Shown here: positions 19,073-28,151 of the stretch, in pieces
Numbering within the stretch: position 1 is the stretch's first letter
Layout: every line of letters starts with the position of its first letter
DNA from: Anaerolineae bacterium
Lineage (GTDB): Bacteria > Chloroflexota > Anaerolineae > UBA1429
Length of the DNA stretch: 64,000 nt
Direction: 5' to 3'
NCBI GenBank assembly: GCA_963675785.1
Contig: OY776562.1
Span: 1,536,001-1,600,000 of the forward strand
Notes under the pieces: generated by a model
Told to the model about the DNA's origin: nothing
The model's input: only the letters and a program-made list of their open reading frames with translations
The model's database searches: none
Position numbers and translations under genes: made by a program

Positions 19073-19189
19073 AGAAACATTCTCGTTTGGCCGGGACTCG
19101 TGGTCATACTGACCACTGACGTCTCCGGCCTAGGTTAGGGCCTCCTTCGGAGGAAATGTTTTACGTGGAAGTGTCCTTTGACACCGCAT

Positions 19190-19760
19190 ACGGCAGGTCG
19201 AGGGCTCGGGAGCGTGAGATTAGCTGATAGAGATTGCCCAAAGGCAGGCTGAAGACCCAGGGCTAATGACCGAACCTACGGATCGGTTGGGGATATTGCC
19301 CAGGGCTAAAGCCCTGGGCTTAGCAAGATATGCCATCTACGATGGCAGGATGCAGCGCGGCTTTGCAAGCAAAGCTGGGTTAGCCCGAAGCGTGTAGCGC
19401 GGCATCCGTGCGAGGAAGAAGGTTCAATGAAGGCACCAGACTAAAGTCTGGTGCTGCGGGAGCAAAGCCTCCAGCCATAGGCTGGAGGCTCGTATTTGTG
19501 AGTTTGGCTGATAGAGCCTGCCCGAAGGGGCAGATTTTGCTAAGCCCGAGGCTTTAGCCTCGGGAGACAGAACACGCAGAAAAGACACACTGGGCTAATG
19601 ATCGAACCATAGGTTCGGTTGAGGATATTGCCCAGGGCTAAAGCCCTGGGCTTAGCAAGATATGCCATCTACGATGGCAGGTGTAGCGCGGCTTTGCAAG
19701 CAAAGCAGGTTCAGCCTGGCGTGTGTAGAGCAGGTGCGACGGGTTTCAACCCCACGCCTG
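19190..19760. repeat. REP-like palindrome mosaic E
   Basis: cccagggctaaagccctggg plus tgccatctacgatggca at about 19299 and 19631; about 125-bp near-duplicate 19260-19385 vs 19592-19716. Confidence 0.9.
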
Positions 19761-19868
19761 TTCATGAATACGATGCAACGCCCCACAAACAAAGAACATC
19801 TCCCGAAGCGCGATCTGGCGAGTGCGACCGGCCCCGGGAGATGTGGGGGTGTAAAAACTACCGCTGTG

Positions 19869-20420
19869 TTAGCGCAAGAATTTGCTGACAAATGGCGAGG
19901 TTTCGCCGCGCCGCATAAAGTGCCCCGAAGGGCCCTCACCCAGGAACTCACTGAACCAGCTCTCATGCTCGATCTCTTCATTTAGAATAGCCAACGAAAG
20001 ATCATAGGTGCGATGATCCTTGCCTGCCGTCAGGTTGCAGATGGCGTTATAGCCCTGCACCGCACAGCGTTCGGCGTTGACCAGCACCTTGAGCATGGCC
20101 TTGGTATCGGTGGGATCGGCGGGCAGGCTGGCTGGTGGACAGGCAGTCATGTCGTGAAAGACTTTCATGTCACCGGGCAATGCGCCGCCCAGTTCATAAA
20201 TGCGGGGCACAAGGGCCTCAAAGTGGTTGCGGTCCTCTACACGTGCCACCTCGGCGATCTCTTTGATTCCCTCGCCCTCTAGCCCGATGAGGTTCACCCG
20301 AAGAACGGTATAGTAATAGTATGTGGTGAGCTCAGCAGAAGCATTTTTGACGAGCAAATTTACCAGAACGTCAAGGTCGATGCCAGCGTTCTCTACCATC
20401 TTACGTGCCATTTTAGCCAT
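19869..20420 (-). CDS. dps: Dps-like (DPSL) ferritin-superfamily protein
   Basis: AELTTYYYYTVLR, EDRNHFEALVPRIYELGG, ACPPA, AERCA, EEIEHESWF. Confidence 0.92.
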   Translation of the reverse strand: MAKMARKMVENAGIDLDVLVNLLVKNASAELTTYYYYTVLRVNLIGLEGEGIKEIAEVARVEDRNHFEALVPRIYELGGALPGDMKVFHDMTACPPASLPADPTDTKAMLKVLVNAERCAVQGYNAICNLTAGKDHRTYDLSLAILNEEIEHESWFSEFLGEGPSGHFMRRGETSPFVSKFLR

Positions 20421-20562
20421 GTGGTTTCTCCTGTATAAAGCGGCATACCATTATGTTAACTGAAAAGAAGGCTCAGCGCAAGAGGCAATTGCACAAAAAG
20501 GGGAAAGATAGGGCTATTTGCACAAAAGGGGAGGGCTTTAGGCTTGGGGAATAGAACTCGCA

Positions 20563-20975
20563 GGGCTTGCAACACCAGGTTGAAATCTGGTGTTGCAAGA
20601 GCCAAGTCCCCGACCTGCGGTCGGAGGCTAGGGAGAGTGAGTATCCCTCGGAGATGCCAGTTTGGGACGCGCGAATGCCCAGGGCTGAAGCCCTGGGCTC
20701 AGGAAGATCTGCCATCTGCGATGGCAGGATGCAGCGCGGTTTTGCAAGCAAAGCAGGTTCAGCCTGACGCGTGTAGCGTGGCATCCGTGAGAGGAAGAAG
20801 GTTTAATGAAGGCACCAGACTAAAGTCTGGTGCTGCGGGACCAAAGCCCCCGACCATGGGTCGGGGGCTGGGAGTAGTGAGAATATCCCTTGGAGACGCC
20901 AGTTTGGGACGCGCGAACGCCCAGGGCTAAAGCCCTGGGCTCAGCAATATCTGCCATCGTAGATGGCAGATGTAT
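20563..20975. repeat. REP-like palindrome mosaic F
   Basis: About 200 bp (20677-20880) similar to 19298-19502; further module at 20919. Confidence 0.9.
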
Positions 20976-20989
20976 GAAGCGACAAGTCA

Positions 20990-21604
20990 TTAGCAAAAAC
21001 CGGCCTCTTGTTTGATCGTGTTATACAGTTCGGGGAAAGAGCAAGGTTTGGCTCCAATTGCCAAGAGCCCAGACAAGGCAATGTTTTTCTGTTTGGGAAC
21101 GACTGCATTCAAAGTAGATGTCGCCAAGACGTAAAAGGCCCATTGTGATAAGTCCAATGGATTCAAAGTTACTTGGTCTTTGTGTTTGAGGACACAGAAC
21201 ACATAGACATCCGCCTGACGCTTTTCTTCTTTAGCGTACAAGCCAGTTTCTTCATCCCAAGCATGGGTTGGCCCGATGCCAAAACGCAGTGCAGAGAAAC
21301 GCCATTGTTTCCAAGTTTGGATGTATGCGCTCGTCTTGATCTCAATACGGATACCCTCTTTCGATAACAAATCATAGTTATCCCAAGTCATCGAAAGCTG
21401 ATCTTCGACGCCAAGGGCCATGGCGACGATATATTCAGCCAGTTTTCCCCGCTCTGTGTTGTCAACCAGATCAGAATGTGCCCATGCCCAGTAATCTTTT
21501 AGCGAGTTGGTGTGCCCTTCAGCATTCAGGAAAAGCTCATCCCCCGTTTTGAGGCAAGGCTGGATCGTTCCAAGTTCGTTGTTTGAGAGATTGTTATCAG
21601 TCAT
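20990..21604 (-). CDS. PD-(D/E)XK nuclease-like hypothetical protein
   Basis: RGKLAEYIV...YDL...IEIKTSAY and ADVYVFC; lower GC; start MTDNN. Confidence 0.7.
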   Translation of the reverse strand: MTDNNLSNNELGTIQPCLKTGDELFLNAEGHTNSLKDYWAWAHSDLVDNTERGKLAEYIVAMALGVEDQLSMTWDNYDLLSKEGIRIEIKTSAYIQTWKQWRFSALRFGIGPTHAWDEETGLYAKEEKRQADVYVFCVLKHKDQVTLNPLDLSQWAFYVLATSTLNAVVPKQKNIALSGLLAIGAKPCSFPELYNTIKQEAGFC

Positions 21605-21643
21605 TGATTTTCCTAGTTGAGAGGCACAATACATTGAAGTAAT

Positions 21644-21978
21644 GCCCAAGGCCAAAGCTCTGGGCATAGTAATATCTGCCATCTGTGATGGCAAGCGTAT
21701 TCGAAAGTGCACTGGACCAATGAACAAACCTACGGTTTGTTTTGGGAGAATCGGTAAACCGATTCTCCAAGACAAAGCCAAAGGCTTTGTCAGTGCTAGG
21801 CATACAAACCCTCCGACCTACGGTCGGAGGCTAGAGATAGAGAGATTAGCTAGTAGAGCCTGCCCAAAGGGCAGGGTTGGCGACCCTAGCGTCAGGGTTC
21901 AGCCTGACGCGCACGCGAAGACACCCAGGGCTAAAGCCCTGGGCTCAGTAAGATCTGCCATCTGCGATGGGAGGTATG
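21644..21978. repeat. REP-like palindrome mosaic G
   Basis: Modules at 21644 and 21923; gagaatcggt-aa-accgattctc; gacaaagcc-aaa-ggctttgtc; cctccgacc-tac-ggtcggagg. Confidence 0.9.
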
Positions 21979-21993
21979 TTTGAGAAACTTTTC

Positions 21994-22332
21994 TTAGCGC
22001 TCAGGCCTGATGCTACCGCTACAAGCTATTCCCCACTTTGTCATTGCGTTGTTTAGATGTCCACTGACCACGAAATCTACAAAACGACCATCCTTCAACT
22101 CAAGAGTTAGTGTATTCGCTCCCAAAAAATCAAACAGATTATTGCCCTCTTCAGCAATAAAGCCTCTTCGATCAACCAGACCAGGCAGCTCTTGTTTTGG
22201 GCTTCCCCCACGAGGCTGAATACTTGTAAACTCTTGCCATTCTGTGATCTCGTAGTCTACTGTAGCAACCTGTTCTTCCCCACTCCATACTTTTCCTCGG
22301 CCATTTAATAAATCAATCTTCTTTCTCGGCAT
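21994..22332 (-). CDS. hypothetical protein (112 aa, lower GC)
   Basis: AAGGAGG RBS; no family recognised. Confidence 0.7.
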   Translation of the reverse strand: MPRKKIDLLNGRGKVWSGEEQVATVDYEITEWQEFTSIQPRGGSPKQELPGLVDRRGFIAEEGNNLFDFLGANTLTLELKDGRFVDFVVSGHLNNAMTKWGIACSGSIRPER

Positions 22333-22463
22333 CTATAGCCTCCTTCTTGAGCAATTTCTCACCGCTAATTAACTTGATGTGATTCTATCTTCACCATCCA
22401 GTCCTCCGCAACCAAAAACGCCCCCGACGCGTAAAGAACATAACCTCACCCAAAGGAGCACAC

Positions 22464-22622
22464 ATGGCCCTGCGCATCGCTGGCAGCCTCATCGTCCTGC
22501 TGCTCGTCGCCTTTATCGTATTCACCTTTATGTCGGAGCAGCTCTTGGCCATTGCCGCCCTGGTAGGCGTGGTCATTATTCTGTGGGGCATACACATGCA
22601 CACTCGCGGAGGCGCTGACTAA
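22464..22622 (+). CDS. small 2-TM membrane protein (52 aa; not in ORF track)
   Basis: AAAGGAG RBS; MALRIAGSLIVLLLVAFIVFTFMSEQLLAIAALVGVVIILWGIHMHTRGGAD. Confidence 0.65.
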   Translation: MALRIAGSLIVLLLVAFIVFTFMSEQLLAIAALVGVVIILWGIHMHTRGGAD

Positions 22623-22623
22623 T

Positions 22624-22713
22624 ATGAGTCACCCCCTCTGGGCGCTAGTCCTCTCGTTTATTGTGTTGGTTGTATTTATGTTAACTTACCACCGTATGCG
22701 CCGCCGCGATTGA
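22624..22713 (+). CDS. small membrane peptide (29 aa)
   Basis: GGAGG inside the upstream ORF; MSHPLWALVLSFIVLVVFMLTYHRMRRRD. Confidence 0.4.
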   Translation: MSHPLWALVLSFIVLVVFMLTYHRMRRRD

Positions 22714-22773
22714 CTTGCGCTACCCCGCCCCAGCGCGCTAGAATAAGGCACGCATACAAATAGGAGGCGAGGA

Positions 22774-23805
22774 ATGCAATACACAGAGCTTGGCAGAAGC
22801 GGCCTACGCGTCAGCCGCCTCTGTTTGGGAACCATGAATTTTGGCGTACGCACCTCGGAAGAGGAATCCCAGGCCATTATGGACCGCGCTTTTGAGCTAG
22901 GCCTCAACTTTTACGATACCGCCGACCGTTACGGCACCCCGATGGGCCAAGGCGTCACGGAGCAGATCGTGGGGCGCTGGCTCCAAGCCTCGGGCAAGCG
23001 CGACGAGATTGTGTTGGCCACCAAGGTATTCGGCCCGATGGGCGCGGGCGCCAACAATCGCGGGCTTTCGGCTTATCACCTGCGCCGGGGCTGCAATGCC
23101 AGCCTAGAGCGCCTGCAAACCGACCACATTGACCTCTACCAAATGCACCACATCGATTTGGGCACGGTTGCGCCACATCATAAAGAGATCCTCGGTGAAC
23201 AGGTCGATTTCTACGACGGGCCGTGTGCGCGTCCGGGAACACCGTGGGCTGAGGTGTGGCAAGGATTCGGGCAGCTCATCAACGAAGGCAAGATCACTTA
23301 TGTGGGTTCCAGCAACTTTGCCGCGTGGAACATTGCCCAAGCCAATGAGACGGCAGCAGCCCGGCAGATGCTGGGTTTGGTGAGCGAGCAGAGCAAGTAC
23401 AATCTGAGTATGAGATTGCTGGAGCTGGAGGTCATCCCCGCCTGTAAGGCTTACGGCGTGGGCCTGATGTGCTACAGCCCGCTGGGTGGCGGCTATTTGG
23501 CTGGCGCACTGCAAAGCGAGAAGGAAGGCCGCCGGGCCACGCTGAACGTGAGCCCCCAGCAGCGCAAACAGCTCGAAGATTACGAGGGGCTCTGTGCTGA
23601 TATCGGCGAAAAGCCGGCCCAGGTAGCCCTGGCCTGGCTGCTGCACCAGCCCGTGGTGACCTGCCCTATCATCGGGCCGCGCACCATGGAGCAGTTGGAG
23701 AGCGCCGTGGCTGCTATGGAGATCAAGCTTTCGGCCAGCACGCTGGCCCGGTTGGATGAGATATTCCCGGGGTACAAGCAGGCCCCCATGGAGTACGCCT
23801 GGTAA
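22774..23805 (+). CDS. aldo/keto reductase
   Basis: LGRSGLRVSRLCLGTM, DTADRY, SLERLQTDHIDLYQMH, YSPLGGG. Confidence 0.95.
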   Translation: MQYTELGRSGLRVSRLCLGTMNFGVRTSEEESQAIMDRAFELGLNFYDTADRYGTPMGQGVTEQIVGRWLQASGKRDEIVLATKVFGPMGAGANNRGLSAYHLRRGCNASLERLQTDHIDLYQMHHIDLGTVAPHHKEILGEQVDFYDGPCARPGTPWAEVWQGFGQLINEGKITYVGSSNFAAWNIAQANETAAARQMLGLVSEQSKYNLSMRLLELEVIPACKAYGVGLMCYSPLGGGYLAGALQSEKEGRRATLNVSPQQRKQLEDYEGLCADIGEKPAQVALAWLLHQPVVTCPIIGPRTMEQLESAVAAMEIKLSASTLARLDEIFPGYKQAPMEYAW

Positions 23806-23838
23806 GCAACTTTTAGCACGCTCAATGAGGATACGCCC

Positions 23839-24555
23839 GTGACAAGTGAGAAACGCCGCAAGTTCCTGTTGCCCGTCGTTGTTGCCGCCATTGTCTTTTT
23901 GGGATTGCTGCCCAGCCGTGTTCAAATCTGGCTGCCGGATAGCTGGCTGGGCAATGCTTATGTCGATGAGTTGCTCAAGACACAGGTACTGGGCCTGGCC
24001 GCCCCACTTTTGGTGGTGCTGAGTGCTCTGTTGGCAGGCCGCCTGACCGCCCAGCGCTACCTGACACTTGGGGATCGCGATGCCGATATCGAACCCATGC
24101 CGCGCATCGGCCTGACACTCGATCTCTCTTATGACTGGAAGAAAATGGGCACGGCCCTGTCGCAGATCCTCACCTCGTTCACGGCCATTGTGGCCTATTT
24201 CGGTATCATTCGCGGCAATGTCATCGCCCTACACAATGTCGGCCTGGTTCCCTGGATATTTGTTTTTGCGGCGCTCACCGCCCTTACCCAGGAACTGGTC
24301 ATTCGCTATGGGCTGGTTACTTCTCTGGTGGGGTTGGTGCCCGACAGTTGGATCCACTGGACCTCGGCCGGGGTGTCCGCAATTCTGGCTGTCTTTCTCA
24401 CCAAGGCGGGGTTGGCCGGATTCCTGCTGGGCGGCATCTATGGCTACTTTATGGCCAAGGCCGTGCTAGAAACCCGCGGTCTCTACTGGGCCTGGTTCCT
24501 GCGCTTTTGGCAGCAAGTCATCCTCTATGGCGCACTGTTCGCCATTTACCTCTAA
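23839..24555 (+). CDS. CPBP/Abi-like membrane protein (degenerate motifs)
   Basis: Multi-TM; QELVIRYG and ETRGLYWAWFL resemble EExxxR and ETxG..H motifs. Confidence 0.6.
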   Translation: MTSEKRRKFLLPVVVAAIVFLGLLPSRVQIWLPDSWLGNAYVDELLKTQVLGLAAPLLVVLSALLAGRLTAQRYLTLGDRDADIEPMPRIGLTLDLSYDWKKMGTALSQILTSFTAIVAYFGIIRGNVIALHNVGLVPWIFVFAALTALTQELVIRYGLVTSLVGLVPDSWIHWTSAGVSAILAVFLTKAGLAGFLLGGIYGYFMAKAVLETRGLYWAWFLRFWQQVILYGALFAIYL

Positions 24556-24559
24556 CCAG

Positions 24560-24598
24560 AACTGCCCCGTCATGGCCTCACGACGGGGCAGTTTTTTT
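24560..24598 (+). terminator. rho-independent terminator
   Basis: aactgccccgt/acggggcagtt plus T7. Confidence 0.85.
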
Positions 24599-24847
24599 GT
24601 GGTATCCTCCTGCGAATCTACGTTCCATTGCATCCTTGACAACATCTTGTTGGCCGCTTAACCACCTCTTAATTCCTCTTGAACAACTCTTCCGTAGAAT
24701 TGGCAAAGCAAGGTACACAGCAGGGTTTGCCTTGTAGCGATTGAGCGTGGAGGGGGCCAAATTGCAGCTCGTTTGTGCTGCAATTTGGCAATATAAGATG
24801 AAGACCTATCAACCCGGCGACAGAGAGCATCACACAACCATAGCCTC

Positions 24848-26653
24848 ATGCTAATTGACTCGCGGAATCAGGTACGCTCACCGCTGGAGCGAGAGCGCCG
24901 TTCGACTCTACTCAAGTTTGGAGCGGCTGCCTTGCTAGTCAGCGGCATGCTGACCCTCTACAGCCTCTACCCCGTCTTTGCCGAACCACGCACCATTCAG
25001 GCTACGCCCTCCGCTGGCTATTACGACGCAGCCGTCGAGATTGAGCTGGAAAACGTGCTGCCCATCATCTATACGCTAGATGGCAGCGTGCCCACAGAAG
25101 AAAACCACATCGCCTATGAAGAACCCATCGCTCTGGAGACAGGCACCGTCATCACCATCCAGGCGCGCACACTCGCCCCTTCTGGCAAACTAGGCGACGT
25201 GCAGACCTTTTTTTACGCCGTCGGCACCGACACCACCTTGCCTATTCTCGCTATCACCTCGGATCCCGAGGGCCTATGGGGCGAAGAAGACGGTATCCTT
25301 ACCAACTATGGCGAAAAGGGAACCGAGTGGGAGCGACTGACACTGATCACCTATTTGGATTACGGCTATAGCGACGGCACGGCCCCCTCGTTCTCGGTAT
25401 GGGCGGGGCTGCGCGTCCACGGCGATTACAGCCGGCAATTCGAAAAGCGCTCGTTACGCATCTATATGCGTCGCGAATACGGCCAGTCAGCGTTGGTTTA
25501 CCCTCTTTTTGATGAGACCACGGTGGATACGTTCGAATCGTTGGTCATCCATGCTGGCGGAGAAGACTGGCAATCTGTGCCAGACCGCGAATGGTCAATA
25601 CTGTGCAATCAACTGGCCGCAGACCTTGCCTTTGACCTGGACTTGGCAGCCACCCACTCGCAACCCGTGCTGCTTTACATCAATGGCGAACCCTGGGGCA
25701 TCTATTACTTGCGCGAACGCCCGGATGCACAGTGGTTAGCCAGCGAGTACGGCATCACCAATTCGGACATGATCGACGCCGCCGAACACACCGAGGATCG
25801 CAATGTGGTCAATGGCAGCATTGAGGATTGGGATGCGCTCATTGATTATCTAAATGAGGCCGATCTCAGTGATCCTGAAGCGTATGCTTATACAGCCTCT
25901 CAGGTGGACTTGGAGAGCCTCACGAACTGCTATTGGCTGCAAATCTATGCCAACAACGCCGATTGGCCCCAGCACAACAACCTTACCTACCGCGATCTCG
26001 ATGGCAGCGATAACCGCTGGAAGTTTGCCGTATGGGACACGGACCACGGGTGGGATATCGACTGTGTCAAAGATTTCGATATGGTGGCCTGGCTCTACGC
26101 GGAACACCCCCACACTGTGGATCGCCAGGATACGGTGCTCATCCGCGCCCTGTTAGAAAACGACGATTTTCGCGAAGCGTTCATCGCTCGAGGTTGCGAC
26201 TTGCTCAATACCTATTTCGAGGCCGACGGCGTCATCAGCCGCATCGACGAGTTGGCCGCCGAGATTGCACCCGACATCGAGATAGAGGAAGAACGCTGGG
26301 AGAGCACCACCGAGTGGAGCGACCACATCCAGCGCATGAAGGACTTTTGCGTAACACGTCCTGATGTCGTACGTGAAGATATACAGCAGCAGTTCGGCCT
26401 GGGCGCGATGTGGACATTCACTATGACTGGCTTGGACGAATCCGCCGGCCAGGTGTTGGTCAATGGGATTGTGCTAGCAAGCAGCGATTTCGAGGGCACC
26501 TATTTTGAGGGAATGGAAGTAACGGTAGAAGCTATTGCCGCCGATGGTTATACATTCGTGGGTTGGGAGGGCTATGAGAGCCAAGCGGCGACGATTACGC
26601 TCACTGAGCCCATCGCGTTACAACCTTTGTTTGAAGAATCCCAAACCGATTGA
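24848..26653 (+). CDS. CotH kinase family protein with Fn3-associated domain
   Basis: YTLDGSVP, GLRVHGDYSR..KRSLR, INGEPWGIY.LRE, DWPQHN, WDTD. Confidence 0.9.
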   Translation: MLIDSRNQVRSPLERERRSTLLKFGAAALLVSGMLTLYSLYPVFAEPRTIQATPSAGYYDAAVEIELENVLPIIYTLDGSVPTEENHIAYEEPIALETGTVITIQARTLAPSGKLGDVQTFFYAVGTDTTLPILAITSDPEGLWGEEDGILTNYGEKGTEWERLTLITYLDYGYSDGTAPSFSVWAGLRVHGDYSRQFEKRSLRIYMRREYGQSALVYPLFDETTVDTFESLVIHAGGEDWQSVPDREWSILCNQLAADLAFDLDLAATHSQPVLLYINGEPWGIYYLRERPDAQWLASEYGITNSDMIDAAEHTEDRNVVNGSIEDWDALIDYLNEADLSDPEAYAYTASQVDLESLTNCYWLQIYANNADWPQHNNLTYRDLDGSDNRWKFAVWDTDHGWDIDCVKDFDMVAWLYAEHPHTVDRQDTVLIRALLENDDFREAFIARGCDLLNTYFEADGVISRIDELAAEIAPDIEIEEERWESTTEWSDHIQRMKDFCVTRPDVVREDIQQQFGLGAMWTFTMTGLDESAGQVLVNGIVLASSDFEGTYFEGMEVTVEAIAADGYTFVGWEGYESQAATITLTEPIALQPLFEESQTD

Positions 26654-26673
26654 GCAAGTAAAAAGGATTATTC

Positions 26674-27357
26674 GTGGACGACATCGATATCACTCAGCTT
26701 CTTTCATCCAGCGAACCGGTTGACCTCTGGCTTCTCGTGATCGAGATGGTGCTTTGCGCCATCATGGCTTTTATCCTGGAGCGCGTCTATATCCAGTGTG
26801 CGCAGACCTTTAGCAACCGCGCCAAATTCGCCCGTAACTTTTACCTACTCTCGCTGACCATGGTGGTCATCATCAACGCCATCAAGAGCTCGATCGCCCT
26901 TTCGCTGGGGCTGGTGGGCGCGCTCTCTATTGTGCGCTTTCGCACAGCCGTCAAAGAGCCCGAAGAGCTGATGTACCTGTTCATTGCCATCGCGCTGGGC
27001 CTTGGCCTGGGGGCCAATCTCATCGCCGAGACTGCGGTGTCCCTGGGCATCATCATTGTCTTTATCCTGTTGCGGCACTTGATGAGTGCCAAGCGCCGGG
27101 CGCGTGCCGTCTACTATTTGGATATCAGCAGCACCGACAAGGATATCCTCGAACGTTCTCGGCAGGTTCTATCCAAATATGCCGCCCAGTGGAAAACCAC
27201 CCGCTATGATCAGACAGACAACCGCATTGAGCTTACCTATTTGATTGGCAACATACGCGACGATGAATTGAACCCCTTGTTGAACCTGCTACAGGAAGCC
27301 CTGGGGGTAGAGAGCGATATCCACCTGATTGCCCAGGACAGCGCGCTGGAGGTTTAG
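26674..27357 (+). CDS. DUF4956 membrane protein
   Basis: SSIALSLGLVGALSIVRFRTAVKEP. Confidence 0.92.
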   Translation: MDDIDITQLLSSSEPVDLWLLVIEMVLCAIMAFILERVYIQCAQTFSNRAKFARNFYLLSLTMVVIINAIKSSIALSLGLVGALSIVRFRTAVKEPEELMYLFIAIALGLGLGANLIAETAVSLGIIIVFILLRHLMSAKRRARAVYYLDISSTDKDILERSRQVLSKYAAQWKTTRYDQTDNRIELTYLIGNIRDDELNPLLNLLQEALGVESDIHLIAQDSALEV

Positions 27358-27359
27358 TC

Positions 27360-28043
27360 TTGGATGATCTACGGTATGAGATCAAAGCCACCTGCCCGGC
27401 AGCGCTGCGCCCTTACCTTCTGGTGCGCTTGAGGGAATGCGGCATGCGCAACCTCTACCCCGTGCGTACGGTCAATTCGCTTTATTGGGATACCCCCAAC
27501 GGCGGTGCTCTGGCAGCCAACCTGAGCGGCCTAGCCAATCGCGACAAACTGCGCCTGCGTTGGTATGGTGAACACGACATCCATGAGCCGCTGCTCGAGC
27601 TAAAATACAAGTGTGGATCAGTTGGCGGCAAAGAACAATTCGTCCTGAACCGAGGTATTGACCTCACTGCAAGCTATAGGATCATTCGCCAACAGCTTTT
27701 GGAAGAGGTACCGACGGGAATTTGGCGAGCGCGGCTAAAGCAGTATCCTCGCCCGGCGCTCATCGAACGCTATGTGCGCACCTATTACGGCTTGCCCAAC
27801 AGTGAGCTACGCGTCACCATTGACGAGGGGCTCACCTCGTATCCGCAACAGACAGCCAGCAGCCCCAACCTATCCCGCTATAACCCACAGTCTGCCGCAT
27901 TGGTCGTGGAGATCAAGGCACCCAGCGATGATCTACTCCGCCTCACGCGCCTTGCGGGAATTTTGGGATTGGATTACGCCAAGCACAGCAAGTTCGTCCG
28001 GGGGCTCATCAGCGATTATACTGGCAGTGTGCCAGCGGTATAA
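27360..28043 (+). CDS. VTC-domain polyphosphate polymerase-like protein
   Basis: RYEIK, SLYWDT, KLRLRWY, LELKYK, RVTID, EIK, SKF. Confidence 0.9.
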   Translation: MDDLRYEIKATCPAALRPYLLVRLRECGMRNLYPVRTVNSLYWDTPNGGALAANLSGLANRDKLRLRWYGEHDIHEPLLELKYKCGSVGGKEQFVLNRGIDLTASYRIIRQQLLEEVPTGIWRARLKQYPRPALIERYVRTYYGLPNSELRVTIDEGLTSYPQQTASSPNLSRYNPQSAALVVEIKAPSDDLLRLTRLAGILGLDYAKHSKFVRGLISDYTGSVPAV

Positions 28044-28151
28044 TACTGGTAACGCATGGTTGAAATGTCAGTGCCTCTCCGAAGGTAAACGAGGAGTTGA
28101 ATCATCGGCCGCACGCGTCCTTCCCTTACACAACTATGGATAGCTCTGGGG

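Noticed and set aside
17401-19116. 571-aa ORF as given in the track
   Set aside because: The N-terminal 250 codons are the antisense shadow of yqeK; the GNAT starts at 18366 after a GGAGG RBS.
19081-19165. c-di-GMP-I riboswitch or hammerhead ribozyme
   Set aside because: ctccggccta resembles part of GEMM, but the GGCAAAC, GAAA-loop and GACGCAAAGC elements are missing; there is no CUGANGA core.
19602-19616. Second LexA box (cgaaccataggttcg)
   Set aside because: The spacer is 5 nt rather than 4 and it is part of a REP hairpin module.
4698-21978. CRISPR array interpretation of the repeats
   Set aside because: No constant 23-50 bp repeat with unique equal-length spacers and no cas genes; units are heterogeneous palindromes separated by whole genes.
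19619-21983. ORFs spanning the repeat mosaics (19619-19888, 20473-20784, 20544-20930, 21642-21983) and the 5' extension of 20990-21781
   Set aside because: They are translations of palindromic repeats (recurring PRAKALG) with no RBS or family signal.
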